Position numbers and translations under genes: made by a program. 64,000 bases of DNA, from contig CAYLKF010000002.1 in assembly GCA_964384365.1 (NCBI GenBank), forward strand, positions 98,840 to 162,839, written 5' to 3'. Below are positions 1 to 9,886 of the stretch, piece after piece (position 1 is the first letter of the stretch; each line of letters opens with the position of its first letter). The notes beneath the pieces are model-generated. The model had not been told where the DNA came from. It made no database searches and worked only from the letters and a program-made list of their open reading frames with translations. Source of the stretch: an uncultured Pseudomonadota bacterium. GTDB taxonomy: Bacteria > UBA10199 > JADFYH01.

Positions 1-4
1 TCTT

Positions 5-478
5 TTGGGAGATTCTTTAGTGGCTTTTCAAGGCCCTTGCCGTGTGGATCTTTCTCAAATGGTGGATTTAGAAGATGTAAAACGCAAAAGCCCTATTTTT
101 TCTGAGAATATGCTGCACTTTTTAGGGGAGTTTTATCAAATTTCTTTAGAAACCACAGTTTTATATCAGCGAATTTTGATCGCCTTAATGCTTGAAGAAT
201 TAAGAAATCAAACTGGTTCGCTCAAAATTTTTAGGCAGGGTGACGATCTTTACGACGAAAACTATAAACTGAGTGTTTCAATTGCCACGGTAAGCTCTGT
301 TTCTACCTTGATTCATGCAGGCATCAATATTTCTTCTCGGGGTACTCCCGTTCTAACGCGCGGCCTAGAAGATTATAAAGTTTCGGTCGTTCCTTTTGCG
401 CAAAAGATTTTAAAGCGATTCGAAGAAGAATTTTTGGGAACCTCAAAAGCCCTTGCCAAAGTGAGGGGAGTTCCATGA
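5..478 (+). CDS. Conserved hypothetical protein, possibly 5'-truncated by the window edge; its stop overlaps the queE start (ATGA)
   Basis: ORF runs from the window start and is translationally coupled to queE by a 4-nt overlap. I recognise no catalytic motif; the QueD CxxxHGH motif is absent. Confidence 0.4.
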   Translation: MGDSLVAFQGPCRVDLSQMVDLEDVKRKSPIFSENMLHFLGEFYQISLETTVLYQRILIALMLEELRNQTGSLKIFRQGDDLYDENYKLSVSIATVSSVSTLIHAGINISSRGTPVLTRGLEDYKVSVVPFAQKILKRFEEEFLGTSKALAKVRGVP

Positions 479-1209
479 CGGCACGCTTGGTTGAAATTTT
501 TTCATCGATTCAAGGCGAAGGTTTAAGGGTAGGAGAAAAACAGACCTTTGTGCGCTTTCAGGGCTGTGCTTTACGGTGTTGTTGGTGTGATACGCCTGAA
601 AATTTTTCAGCAAAGCCTCAGTATCGGGTTGAAGAAGAAGCCTGGAGTGGAGTTTGGACCAAGCATCAAAATCCTGTTAGCCCAGAAAAATTAAGAGAAT
701 GGCTCTGTTTTTTTAAAAATAAAACAGTGAGTTTAACCGGTGGAGAGCCTTTGCAACAGGTGGAGTTTTTAAAGGAATGGTTACCGAGCTTGAATGGTAA
801 TTTTCATATTTTTCTGGAGACCAATGGAGTCTTACCCCAAGCCTTAGAGCAAGTTTTACCCTGGATTCATACCGTGAGTATGGATTTTAAACTCGAAAGC
901 TCTGCCCACACGGGGCGATTTGAAAAGTTGCACACCGAATTTTTAAAGATCGCGAAAAAGGCCCCGGAATGTTATGTGAAAATAGTACTTACTCAAGATA
1001 CGGAAGAAGAAGAACTCGAAGAAGCCTTGCATTGTATTCGTGAAATCGATTCTGGTATTGCCGTCATTCTTCAACCGGTGAGCCCCACATCCGATTTTAA
1101 ACAAGAGTTGTCGTTGAGTAAGCTTTCACAATTTGAGAAACTTTCGTCCGGTCTTTGTGCACGTTTAAGAGTGATTCCACAAACGCATAAGGTTTTGGGA
1201 GTTTTATAA
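475..1209 (+). CDS. queE: 7-carboxy-7-deazaguanine synthase (radical SAM), QueE
   Basis: N-terminus IFSSIQGEGLRVGEKQTFVRFQGC-ALRC-CWC matches the QueE signature with a CX3CX2C radical-SAM cluster. About 244 aa, typical for QueE. Confidence 0.8.
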   Translation: MTARLVEIFSSIQGEGLRVGEKQTFVRFQGCALRCCWCDTPENFSAKPQYRVEEEAWSGVWTKHQNPVSPEKLREWLCFFKNKTVSLTGGEPLQQVEFLKEWLPSLNGNFHIFLETNGVLPQALEQVLPWIHTVSMDFKLESSAHTGRFEKLHTEFLKIAKKAPECYVKIVLTQDTEEEELEEALHCIREIDSGIAVILQPVSPTSDFKQELSLSKLSQFEKLSSGLCARLRVIPQTHKVLGVL

Positions 1210-1256
1210 TTCGCCCTCTTATTTGAGAAGGGGAGATAAAGGCTAGGGTTTATTGT

Positions 1257-2408
1257 ATGCGTAATCGTGAAGAGTTTGAACTTCTCGAAGAAAAAAATTT
1301 AGCGCCCTATGCTTGCCATTCGGGAACTTCTGCAGGGCGGGAGTATGAGGAAGAAGAGCACCCTTTTCGCACCCGTTTTCAACGCGATCGCGATCGTATT
1401 ATCCACAGTAAAGCCTTTCGTCGTTTAGAATACAAAACCCAGGTTTTTGTAAATCATGAAGGCGATCATTACCGTACGCGTCTGACGCATAGCCTCGAAG
1501 TGGCTCAGATTTCGCGTACCATTGCCCGAGCTTTGCGCTTGAACGAAGATTTGTCTGAAACCATTGCACTGGCCCACGATCTGGGGCATCCGCCGTTTGG
1601 ACATTCCGGCCAAGATGTGATGAACGAGCTCATGCAGGGCCACGGCGGGTTTGAGCATAATCGACAATCGCTTCGAGTGGTCACCTTACTCGAAAAGCCT
1701 TACGTGAATTTTCCGGGATTGAATCTCACTTACGAGGTGCTCGAGGGAATTTCCAAACATTTTACTGAATATGATTTGCCTGAAGGACGTGGGTTCATCC
1801 GCGAAGGAGCGCCTAGCTTAGAGGCGCAACTTGTGAATTTAGCCGATGAGATTGCCTATAATAATCACGATCTCGATGACGGCTTGCGTTCTCAGATGAT
1901 CAGCTTTGAACAGCTCCAAGAAATCGAGATTTGGCAGACTCACTTTGAGAAAGTCTGCAAAAAATTTCCAAATATTTCCGACGAACTGAAAGCCCGTGCA
2001 ACGATTAAAGAATTGATTAATTTATTGGTTACCGACTTATTAATTCAGAGTGAGAAAAACATTGCCGAGAAAAACATTCAAAATTTAAAGGACGTGCGTG
2101 AAAAAGGAGCCCAGCTTATTGGTTTTAGCGAAAAGGTGAAAAAACAAACCACCCAACTCAAGCGCTTTTTATTTTCGAATCTTTATCGTCAATATCGTGT
2201 AGAACGCATGGCCGTGAAGGCTGGGCGAATTTTAACCGATCTGTTTAACACTTATTTGAATAATCCAAAAATTCTCTCTCCTGAGGTTTTTGAAAAATCT
2301 ACCGAAGCCGATAAACACCGTGCGATCTGCGATTATATTGCTGGTATGACCGATCGATTTGCTTTAGAAGAACATGAGAAGCTGTTTAACCCGCATTCGA
2401 AAGTGTAG
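1257..2408 (+). CDS. dgt: dGTP triphosphohydrolase-like HD-domain phosphohydrolase
   Basis: HD motif region THSLEVAQISRTIA ... LAHDLGHPPFGHSGQ, 383 aa, typical of the Dgt-like family. Confidence 0.8.
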   Translation: MRNREEFELLEEKNLAPYACHSGTSAGREYEEEEHPFRTRFQRDRDRIIHSKAFRRLEYKTQVFVNHEGDHYRTRLTHSLEVAQISRTIARALRLNEDLSETIALAHDLGHPPFGHSGQDVMNELMQGHGGFEHNRQSLRVVTLLEKPYVNFPGLNLTYEVLEGISKHFTEYDLPEGRGFIREGAPSLEAQLVNLADEIAYNNHDLDDGLRSQMISFEQLQEIEIWQTHFEKVCKKFPNISDELKARATIKELINLLVTDLLIQSEKNIAEKNIQNLKDVREKGAQLIGFSEKVKKQTTQLKRFLFSNLYRQYRVERMAVKAGRILTDLFNTYLNNPKILSPEVFEKSTEADKHRAICDYIAGMTDRFALEEHEKLFNPHSKV

Positions 2409-2419
2409 AGAGGAAATGT

Positions 2420-2668
2420 ATGAAAGATCGACAAGTTGAGATTCTTCTTCAAACACCGTTGCTCGTGATTAGTGACCGGGAAGTCTTAAAACAAAAACCT
2501 GTTTTAGAACATGTAATCCGCGTGATTGGGAAAATCGCTCATGAAAATACGGCTGGCATTCTCATTGAAGTTAAAACTATCGGTTCCGAACGTGCCTTAG
2601 ATCGTTCTCCTCCATGGAAAGAAATTTTTATCCCTTTCCACAAAATTGATCATGTGGTGTTTTCTTAA
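2420..2668 (+). CDS. Small hypothetical protein
   Basis: 82-aa ORF with an RBS-like gagaggaaatgtATG; no recognisable motif. Confidence 0.25.
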   Translation: MKDRQVEILLQTPLLVISDREVLKQKPVLEHVIRVIGKIAHENTAGILIEVKTIGSERALDRSPPWKEIFIPFHKIDHVVFS

Positions 2669-3960
2669 TTCCAATAATATCCCAATACCTTCCGCACATA
2701 ATTATTGGTTTCGCGGTAAGGAATCATTTCAATAAATTCATCGCAGTTGTTTTTATCGCGGAGCTTGGTCCAGCGATCTACCGCATCGGGGCCGGCATTG
2801 TAAGCGGCAATGGTATAAGGAAGATTGCCCGAGAATTTTTCGAGAAGTACTGCCAAATAATGCACACCCAAATGAATATTCAAAGAGGGGTTGGTTAAAT
2901 CATCCGGATCGAACGGACTAATTTCAAGCGCTTCGGCCATATCGTAACCAGTTTCGGGCATGAGTTGTAGAAGGCCTGAAGCCCCCACTGGCGATTTCGC
3001 TTCGGCTCTAAAACGACTTTCTTGATACATGATCGCCCAGATTAATTTTTCGGGAACTTTTTCCTTTTTCGAAAAACGTTGGACGAGTTCTTGAACTCCC
3101 GGATCTGACGAAGTGAGCCCCGCGTAAGAACTGTGGTCGATCAGATTTTTCGATGGGCATTCACTCTTGCCTTTTTGTTGTTTAAGCCATTCGGCATAAA
3201 AATGATCTTGGTTGATTAAGTTTTGTCTTTCTCTTTCGGCTTCATTTTTTTTACCGGCTGCTTCTAAAAATCGCATTCTCCAATAAGAAACTCTTCCTGG
3301 GTTTGTTTTTGCTCCATACATTGCTTCGTAGCTATTGAGTGTGGCCAAGGCCCGCTCGGGTTTTTTGAGTTGATACTCACACCACAGTTTTTGCCAAAGG
3401 GCTTCATCTGCTTTTTGGCTTTTGGGATAAGCATCTAAATATCGATCAATAAGGGGGATTGCCGTTTCGCAACGGTTGGCATCGACCAAAATAAATATAC
3501 GGCGATATTCTAGGCTCGGTGCACTTTTGCTCGAAACACCTTCGAGTTGATCGAGTGCAGCCAAGGCCGCATCAAATTGATTGGAGCGCACATACGATGA
3601 AACGAGCTTATCTAAAACTTCGGCATTGGGGGAGCGCTCTGCCAATTTTGCATAATAAGTAGCCGCATCAGTATAAAGGCGGGCCTTAAAAAAGATTTCG
3701 GCGGCTTCTGCTTCGCGTCGGCGTTGCTCATCGGGAGAGAGAGTTTCTAGAAATTTTTTGTATTCTAAAGCAGCTTTAATCCATCGTTCTTGTTTTCTTA
3801 AACTAAAAATAGTTCTTTCAGCTTCAGAAGAAGGAATGGGCTGTTCAATCACAGGCGCTGGGTTTGATTTTTTTTTCTTGGTTTTGGCAAAGCTTGCAGA
3901 ATGAAAACTGAGAATTAATAGAACAACACCCAAAACAGTAAAAGTTTTTCTCATAAACAT
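2665..3960 (-). CDS. Soluble lytic murein transglycosylase (SLT domain) with N-terminal signal peptide and TPR-like helical repeats
   Basis: Signal peptide MFMRKTFTVLGVVLLILSFHSASFA. SLT catalytic region ESRFRAEAKSPVGASGLLQLMPETG ... AYNAGPDAVDRW. Confidence 0.8.
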   Translation of the reverse strand: MFMRKTFTVLGVVLLILSFHSASFAKTKKKKSNPAPVIEQPIPSSEAERTIFSLRKQERWIKAALEYKKFLETLSPDEQRRREAEAAEIFFKARLYTDAATYYAKLAERSPNAEVLDKLVSSYVRSNQFDAALAALDQLEGVSSKSAPSLEYRRIFILVDANRCETAIPLIDRYLDAYPKSQKADEALWQKLWCEYQLKKPERALATLNSYEAMYGAKTNPGRVSYWRMRFLEAAGKKNEAERERQNLINQDHFYAEWLKQQKGKSECPSKNLIDHSSYAGLTSSDPGVQELVQRFSKKEKVPEKLIWAIMYQESRFRAEAKSPVGASGLLQLMPETGYDMAEALEISPFDPDDLTNPSLNIHLGVHYLAVLLEKFSGNLPYTIAAYNAGPDAVDRWTKLRDKNNCDEFIEMIPYRETNNYVRKVLGYYWN

Positions 3961-4057
3961 TTCCGATAAATGCTGTTCCCCAGTTTGATTGGGGAATCTA
4001 AATTTTGGTTTAAAATGGATCCCAGATCAAGTCTGAGATGTGAAAATAGATATTTTT

Positions 4058-7000
4058 CTAAAAAGAACTTCCTACCTGTAAAATGAGTGTCCCATATTTC
4101 AGGCTTGCTTGGGTAATCGGATCATGAAGCCCTGAAAGGAATTCGCGACCCTTCACGATGATTCCATAACCCAAGCGTGCTGTTAAAGGTAAACCGTAGC
4201 CAATGGTAAAATCGCCTCGAAGTTCAAACCCCACACCCCATAAGAATTCATCCCAGTTGGGTGCATTATTGAAAATGGTTCCTAAATCACTAAAAAAGAC
4301 GGTGTAGAAATTTTTCAAAAAGATGGGGCCCGTACCTAAGCCTCGATCAACCAAGAGCAAGGGTAAACGATATTCGGTTGAGAAAAGCATCGCCCTTTCT
4401 CCTGAAAAAGTAATTTCGGGCAAGCCTCGAAGAGGGTAGAGCAGGGGCGTATCTTCGGAGAAAACTCCTTCTCCTAAATCACTTCCCATTCGGAAAACAC
4501 CCTGAAAGAGTTTATCGCCAAAATTCACGCCACCCATGAAGCGAAAGGCCAGCACGTGATGATCGGCCCACGGAAGCTCGGTATATTTTCGAACATCAAC
4601 TTCGGCAATCTTTGTTTCGTTTCGTGGACTCGAGCCCAAGGCTTGATCGTTGATTTGCAAAGTGAAACGGAAACGCATGCCTTCTTCGGGGCTAATCGAG
4701 GCCGGGTAGCGCTCAGCGCTCCGATAATTGTAAGTAAGACCGAAGCCTGAAAAGTTTCCGAGGTTTAAAAGGGGTTCAAAACCGCCTAAAAGGCCCGATT
4801 CATCATCGCGATGTAAAAAAGAATAGTAAAGGTTGAAACGGTGTTTGCGGAGTGGAAGAAGAACCCCAGCCGAAGCGCGTCGCCATTCTTCGTAGTAATT
4901 TTGCCCTACGCCGAAGATGTTTCCGTAGTTTACCACAAGATCATTAAAACTTACGTAGAAGGGGGTCCACCAACGATTATAGGTGTAGAGAAAATCGCCT
5001 CCCAAAAAATTGGCATCGGTTCGATAAGTAACATCGCCCGACCAAATATGACGGCCCAACGGATCGGCATTGTTGATTCCTAACGATAAGATTGCGCCTC
5101 CCTGACCAAAAACAAAACCGGGCATGAGATAACGTGGGAGAAAGAGTTTTTCGAAAGGGTTGTATTTTTGAATCTTGTAATCGATTGGGGGAGGGGCTTC
5201 GAGTGCTGCTGCATTCTGTTTTTCGGATAAGTTATTTTCAGAATATAAAGGGGAGTGAACGCAAGGCGCTGGGCAAGTTGCCCCCGTTGAAGCTTTGCGG
5301 GCTATTTTTGTTTTCTTAGTTTTTTTATTCTTCTTTTTTGTTTTTTGAATGTCTTTTATTTTTGAAGGAGGATTTTCAAATTTGATGAGCTCGTAGCCTC
5401 TGCCGAAATAATGCTGGGCATAAATATTTCCGTTGGAATCGAGTTGCGGTTGAAAAAGTCCGCTCAACACATTGGAAAGTTTTTCTGCTCGGTAAGAATT
5501 TTTGTTTTCAAGATCGATACGATAAATATTGGTAATCCCCGATTCATCTGAAGAGTAATAAATCCATTTTGAATCTTTGCTCCAAACGGGGTTGTTTTCG
5601 AGGGCTACATTGTTTGTGAGTTGGGCCAAAACCTTGCCTTCGAGATCGTAAAGATACAAATCGCGCGTGCCGTTTATCCAAACAGAAACGGCAATTTGTT
5701 TTCCATCGGGTGAAAACCGAGGGTTTGAGAATTGGGTATAAGCCGGAGAATGGGTAATTTGCCGAGCCTCTTTGCTCGCACGATCAAAGAGAAAAAGCTC
5801 GGTGCTACCAGTTAAATCTCCTACATAAAGAATAGATTTTCCATCGGGAGAATAATCGGCATCGGAGGCTCGTTTGCCATGAGTAAGCCTTGTTTTTTTC
5901 TTGCTTGCGAGATCCACTTCAAAAAGATCGTTGTAGTAATAGAAAAACTTATGGAATTTCGGGATGCTAAATAAGAGCTGTGTGCCATCGGGAGAAAAGC
6001 TTAACTGTTGGCTATCTTCTTTGCGAAGCAAGAGTTCATCTTTCGAAGACGCTAAATCGAGTAAACGAATTTCAGCAGGGCCATCAATGCCGGTGGTTAC
6101 ATAGGCGATTTTTGTTTGATCGGGCGAAAGTATTGCGGCCTTCACCACATCTTTTTTATGAAGAATGGGTGTTAAGGGGGTTAGCCCGGCGGCAGAAACT
6201 TTTTGGGCCACCGCTTGATACTGAGTTTGAAGAAAACTTTTCCATTCGGCCCAGAGCTTGAAAAAATTTTTATCGTCGTAGGTTTTGCGTGCTTTGTTAT
6301 TCAAAGAAAAAAACCACATCGAGTCGCCATAACGATTAATGAATTCGGTGATTTTTTCTTCGCCGTAGGTAGTAGCCATATATTGCCAGAAGGATCCACC
6401 ATACACGTAAGCAGCGGTGCCCGAAGGCCATTCAATGCGTTCTCCCGAAAGCATGTCGACTTTTAAGAATTGATCGTTGAGGATGTCGGTCCTGAGAATC
6501 ATATCGGCATAGCTGCTATGATTTCGGCCTTTGCCACCCTGGCTTTCTTCAAAAACGGCGATGCCTTCTTGGATCCATTTGGGGCTTAAGGCATTGGGGG
6601 CAATAAGTTTTCCGAATATCCAATGGAAAGGATTGGTAATGCTTCCGTGTTGATCCATGTGAAGAATGTGGGTGAATTCATGGGTAAAAAGAATTTCGAG
6701 CCAGTTATCATAATAACTGAGTGCGGAGTTTCCATCGGGCGGGGCCACGAAAAAAATCATGTAATTGTAGGGCAAAATTGTGGCTAAGCCGTTGGCTTTA
6801 TCGACTTGATCGGTTACTACGATTTCGGTGCGGCCCCAGGGCTTCCAATTTAATTTTTTGGTGAGTACCTGATATTTTTGTTCGGCAATAGGAGCCAGTT
6901 TGAGGGCGATTTCTTCTTCGGCTTCGTAGAAATGGATATTAAAGTGCTCAGTTTTTAAAGTTTTCCATTTTAAACGAGGGTCAGTGAAGGCAGCTTGTAA

Positions 7001-7060
7001 GTTGAAGCTGCTTGTGAGAAAAAGGCAGAGGCAAAAAAAGAAAAAAATTTTTTTGAGCAT
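4058..7060 (-). CDS. Large outer-membrane protein: N-terminal HExxH metallopeptidase-like domain, PD40/TolB-type beta-propeller repeats, C-terminal beta-barrel
   Basis: Signal peptide; HEFTHILH zinc-binding-like motif; repeated SPDG(T/K)(Q/S)(L/I) propeller blades; Lys-rich linker; C-terminal alternating hydrophobic beta-strands ending ...VGSSF (terminal Phe typical of OM barrels). Confidence 0.6.
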   Translation of the reverse strand: MLKKIFFFFCLCLFLTSSFNLQAAFTDPRLKWKTLKTEHFNIHFYEAEEEIALKLAPIAEQKYQVLTKKLNWKPWGRTEIVVTDQVDKANGLATILPYNYMIFFVAPPDGNSALSYYDNWLEILFTHEFTHILHMDQHGSITNPFHWIFGKLIAPNALSPKWIQEGIAVFEESQGGKGRNHSSYADMILRTDILNDQFLKVDMLSGERIEWPSGTAAYVYGGSFWQYMATTYGEEKITEFINRYGDSMWFFSLNNKARKTYDDKNFFKLWAEWKSFLQTQYQAVAQKVSAAGLTPLTPILHKKDVVKAAILSPDQTKIAYVTTGIDGPAEIRLLDLASSKDELLLRKEDSQQLSFSPDGTQLLFSIPKFHKFFYYYNDLFEVDLASKKKTRLTHGKRASDADYSPDGKSILYVGDLTGSTELFLFDRASKEARQITHSPAYTQFSNPRFSPDGKQIAVSVWINGTRDLYLYDLEGKVLAQLTNNVALENNPVWSKDSKWIYYSSDESGITNIYRIDLENKNSYRAEKLSNVLSGLFQPQLDSNGNIYAQHYFGRGYELIKFENPPSKIKDIQKTKKKNKKTKKTKIARKASTGATCPAPCVHSPLYSENNLSEKQNAAALEAPPPIDYKIQKYNPFEKLFLPRYLMPGFVFGQGGAILSLGINNADPLGRHIWSGDVTYRTDANFLGGDFLYTYNRWWTPFYVSFNDLVVNYGNIFGVGQNYYEEWRRASAGVLLPLRKHRFNLYYSFLHRDDESGLLGGFEPLLNLGNFSGFGLTYNYRSAERYPASISPEEGMRFRFTLQINDQALGSSPRNETKIAEVDVRKYTELPWADHHVLAFRFMGGVNFGDKLFQGVFRMGSDLGEGVFSEDTPLLYPLRGLPEITFSGERAMLFSTEYRLPLLLVDRGLGTGPIFLKNFYTVFFSDLGTIFNNAPNWDEFLWGVGFELRGDFTIGYGLPLTARLGYGIIVKGREFLSGLHDPITQASLKYGTLILQVGSSF

Positions 7061-7200
7061 GAAGATAATTTAAGAAAAGCCTACGGGACAAATTTTTTAA
7101 AGCTTTCGAACGTTGCGTTGTGCTTCATAAAACTAAATAGGCGATTTACCACTCGAAATCTTTTCAAAATTGTCCCGTAGGCTTATAAGAAAAGCATACA

Positions 7201-9030
7201 ATGCGCCTTAATCGCAAGAATCTAATTTTTTTATTTGGTTTTTTAGGGCTCTTTAGCATTTTTGCCCTACTTTTCTACATTTCAAACAAGATCGAGAATA
7301 TCAAAGAACCTTTAATTACTTTCTTGAAAAGCCAGATCGCTGGAAATTTAGTTATTCAAGAAGCCAAAGTTTCGTTTTTTCCTCCCGGAATCGATTTGCA
7401 AAATATTTCTGTGTTTGCCCCGGGTGAAGAAAAACCTTCTGTGACTGCCCAAAGCGGCAAGCTTCGGTTTCATTACATTCCCTGGCTTCAAGATAAAATT
7501 CAAATCACGCTCTATATTAATAAGCCCGAGGTGATTTTTTATAAACAGGCCAATGGGCAGAGTAATATGGAGCAAATTTTTGCGCCTTTGTTAAAAGGGG
7601 CAGGTCAATCTTCTTCATTTTTTTCTAAGTTTTGGCGGGGAAAATTAGAAGTAGACGGCATTCGAATTAAACAGGGAAAATTTTTAATCGAATCGCAGGG
7701 CGAAGAAACAGAGATTAAAAATATTCAGCTCAAAGCCGATCAAATTCAGTTTGAAAAAAATAAGCCCGCACAGATACAAGCTCAGTTTTTGGTGCCGCGT
7801 TGGGGATCTAAAGACTTATCACTGGAGTTCCCCCTCCTTTTAGAAAAAGAAAAAACCCTAAAGGTGGCGGCCGGAAATATTCGGTGGGATGAGCTTAAAG
7901 CCGAATTTCAAGGGCAGATTGGGCTTCCGGATTCCGATCAAAAAGATCCGAGTTTAAATATTGAATTGAAGAGCTCGCCCGATTTTAAAACCCTTGCCAG
8001 TTTGGCGGGTTTACCTCCGGGAGAGGGAAATTTAAATTTATCGGTGCATTTAAAGGGTTCGGTTTTTGCTCCAGTAATTTCCTTTGAAGTAGATTCCCCT
8101 CAATTAAAGATTAAAGAAAAAAAGCTCACCAATATAAAGCTCATGGCCCAGAAGAAAGAAGAACCCTTTGAAATTGAAAAAGCCTCCTTTCATATTTTGG
8201 GAGGAGATATTCAAAGTAGCGGCACAGTTCTTTTAAAAGCGCCTTCTGCCCAGCTCAAGGTACAAGCAAATAATTTAAGCTTAGCCGAAATTTCGGGCGA
8301 TAAAACCCAGCGGGCACGATTGAGTGCGAATCTGAATCTTGAAAATAAAAATTTGAAGAATGAATCGGGTTGGACGGGCGCGGGCGCGGTGAATTTAGGC
8401 CCTTTTCCGATTCCGGCCACCGATTTAAGCCAAAAAGTGCGAGTGGCCGAAATTTTGGCCATGGCCACCAGTCTCGATCAGAAAATTAATATTGGAATGC
8501 TTAAATCGAGTTCGAATGTGGTGGGAACTCAAATCGATCAAATCCGTGCGAACATTAATTTTGCAGGCGATACAGTGAATATTACTTCTTTTAATCTCGG
8601 AAATTCTCATTTTACGGCCTCAGGTTCTGGCACTTTGGTTCAACAAAAACGAATCAACGCTTCGGGAGTAGCGGTTTTGAGCTCGGCGGTTACGGCCGAG
8701 CTTTTTCCGGATGCTCCATTTCGAAATGCCTTAACTGAGGGCAAAGGAAGTTTCTCGGTGCCTTTTCGCGTGACTGGGAATTTACCCGATCCAGAAGTGT
8801 TGGTGGATCAAGAAGCCTTAAAACAGATTATTCATCGGGCGACTTTGCTTACCGTAAAAGATGTTTTGCTAGGCGGTGTTCGTCCTCAAAAATTAATTGA
8901 TTCGGCGATTCAAAATAGCCCCTTGGGAAAAATCTTCAAGAAACAAGATCCAAACGCGCCTCCACCCCCTCCGGCGCAAAACCCGCCGCCGCAGCGTAAT
9001 CCAATTCAAGAATTATTGTTTGGGAGATAG
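7201..9030 (+). CDS. AsmA-like membrane-anchored envelope assembly protein with Pro-rich C-terminus
   Basis: N-terminal TM anchor LIFLFGFLGLFSIFALLFYI, about 600-aa mostly soluble beta-rich body, C-terminal PPPPPAQNPPPQ. The AsmA assignment is by architecture only. Confidence 0.4.
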   Translation: MRLNRKNLIFLFGFLGLFSIFALLFYISNKIENIKEPLITFLKSQIAGNLVIQEAKVSFFPPGIDLQNISVFAPGEEKPSVTAQSGKLRFHYIPWLQDKIQITLYINKPEVIFYKQANGQSNMEQIFAPLLKGAGQSSSFFSKFWRGKLEVDGIRIKQGKFLIESQGEETEIKNIQLKADQIQFEKNKPAQIQAQFLVPRWGSKDLSLEFPLLLEKEKTLKVAAGNIRWDELKAEFQGQIGLPDSDQKDPSLNIELKSSPDFKTLASLAGLPPGEGNLNLSVHLKGSVFAPVISFEVDSPQLKIKEKKLTNIKLMAQKKEEPFEIEKASFHILGGDIQSSGTVLLKAPSAQLKVQANNLSLAEISGDKTQRARLSANLNLENKNLKNESGWTGAGAVNLGPFPIPATDLSQKVRVAEILAMATSLDQKINIGMLKSSSNVVGTQIDQIRANINFAGDTVNITSFNLGNSHFTASGSGTLVQQKRINASGVAVLSSAVTAELFPDAPFRNALTEGKGSFSVPFRVTGNLPDPEVLVDQEALKQIIHRATLLTVKDVLLGGVRPQKLIDSAIQNSPLGKIFKKQDPNAPPPPPAQNPPPQRNPIQELLFGR

Positions 9031-9034
9031 AGTA

Positions 9035-9886
9035 TCAGAAATTTTGTTGGCTCAACCACTCCACCCATTCGCTGTGTTTCTGGCCATTGCTGGCGAATGT
9101 TTTGGTGCCGTGAGAATAGGGGGCTTTGAGCTCCGAATAGTTCAGAGCTTGTCCATCCAAGCGCGTGAAAATTCCGCCCGCTTCTTCTAAGATAATTTGT
9201 GGAGCACAGGTATCCCAAAGGCTTACATCGTGATGATTAATATAAAGATCGGCATTTTTTTGAACTAAGGCCGCAACTTTGATGCCCACGCTATTGATGG
9301 GAGTGCAAATCGGCGAAGAAAATTGAGTGTTAATTTTTTCTAAGAGATCTTTTGGAAAACCTGGAGAAGTAATGAGGGGCATTTCGCTGGCTTGGGTGCG
9401 CGAAGAAACGTGAAGGGTTTTTCGAAACGGCCCCTGAATTTTTTGAGTGCCTTCGCCTTTCAAGGCAAAATAAATGCTTTTTTCGAGAGGATCGGCGACC
9501 ACGCCCAGATGCGGTATTCCGCCACGAAGAAGGCCGATCATCACACAAAAGCCCGGAATTTTTTTGGCAAAGGCTTTGGTGCCATCTAACGGATCAATCA
9601 ACCAGGTGTATTCTGATTTTTCATTTCCGATCAGTCCATTTTCTTCGGTAAGAATTGCATGGGTGGAGAAGCGTTGTAACAAGCCGTCTCTTAAGATTTG
9701 ATCGGCTTGAAGATCGGCCACGGTTACCGGGCTACTATCTTCTTTTTTTTCGGTCTTAAAATCGGTTTTTAAAATTTCGAGAATTTTTTCGCTGGCTAAT
9801 TCGGCGAGCTCAATTGCTTTTTCTAAAAGTAAGGTTTCATCGGCTAAGGTCATTAGTCTTCCTTTTTCGGAGCATGTAAACCGCAT
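9035..9886 (-). CDS. cysQ: Inositol monophosphatase family; likely 3'(2'),5'-bisphosphate nucleotidase CysQ
   Basis: WLIDPLDGTKAF metal-binding motif of the IMPase/CysQ family. Overlaps and is co-oriented with cysH. Confidence 0.65.
   Translation of the reverse strand: MRFTCSEKGRLMTLADETLLLEKAIELAELASEKILEILKTDFKTEKKEDSSPVTVADLQADQILRDGLLQRFSTHAILTEENGLIGNEKSEYTWLIDPLDGTKAFAKKIPGFCVMIGLLRGGIPHLGVVADPLEKSIYFALKGEGTQKIQGPFRKTLHVSSRTQASEMPLITSPGFPKDLLEKINTQFSSPICTPINSVGIKVAALVQKNADLYINHHDVSLWDTCAPQIILEEAGGIFTRLDGQALNYSELKAPYSHGTKTFASNGQKHSEWVEWLSQQNF

Noticed and set aside
1425-1667. 80-aa minus-strand ORF inside the dgt gene, plus many similar 60-100-aa antisense or out-of-frame ORFs inside long genes (e.g. 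4556-4750, 5980-6261, 7348-7575, 9330-9548, 12107-12358, 13908-14177, 28333-28719, 41585-41912, 45166-46373, 48312-48932, 49717-50062, 53048-53403, 57329-58342)
   Set aside because: All lie wholly within much longer ORFs with strong family-level motifs on the other strand or frame. They have no RBS, skewed composition (Arg/Ser/Pro-rich from reading GC-rich codons out of frame) and no motifs.
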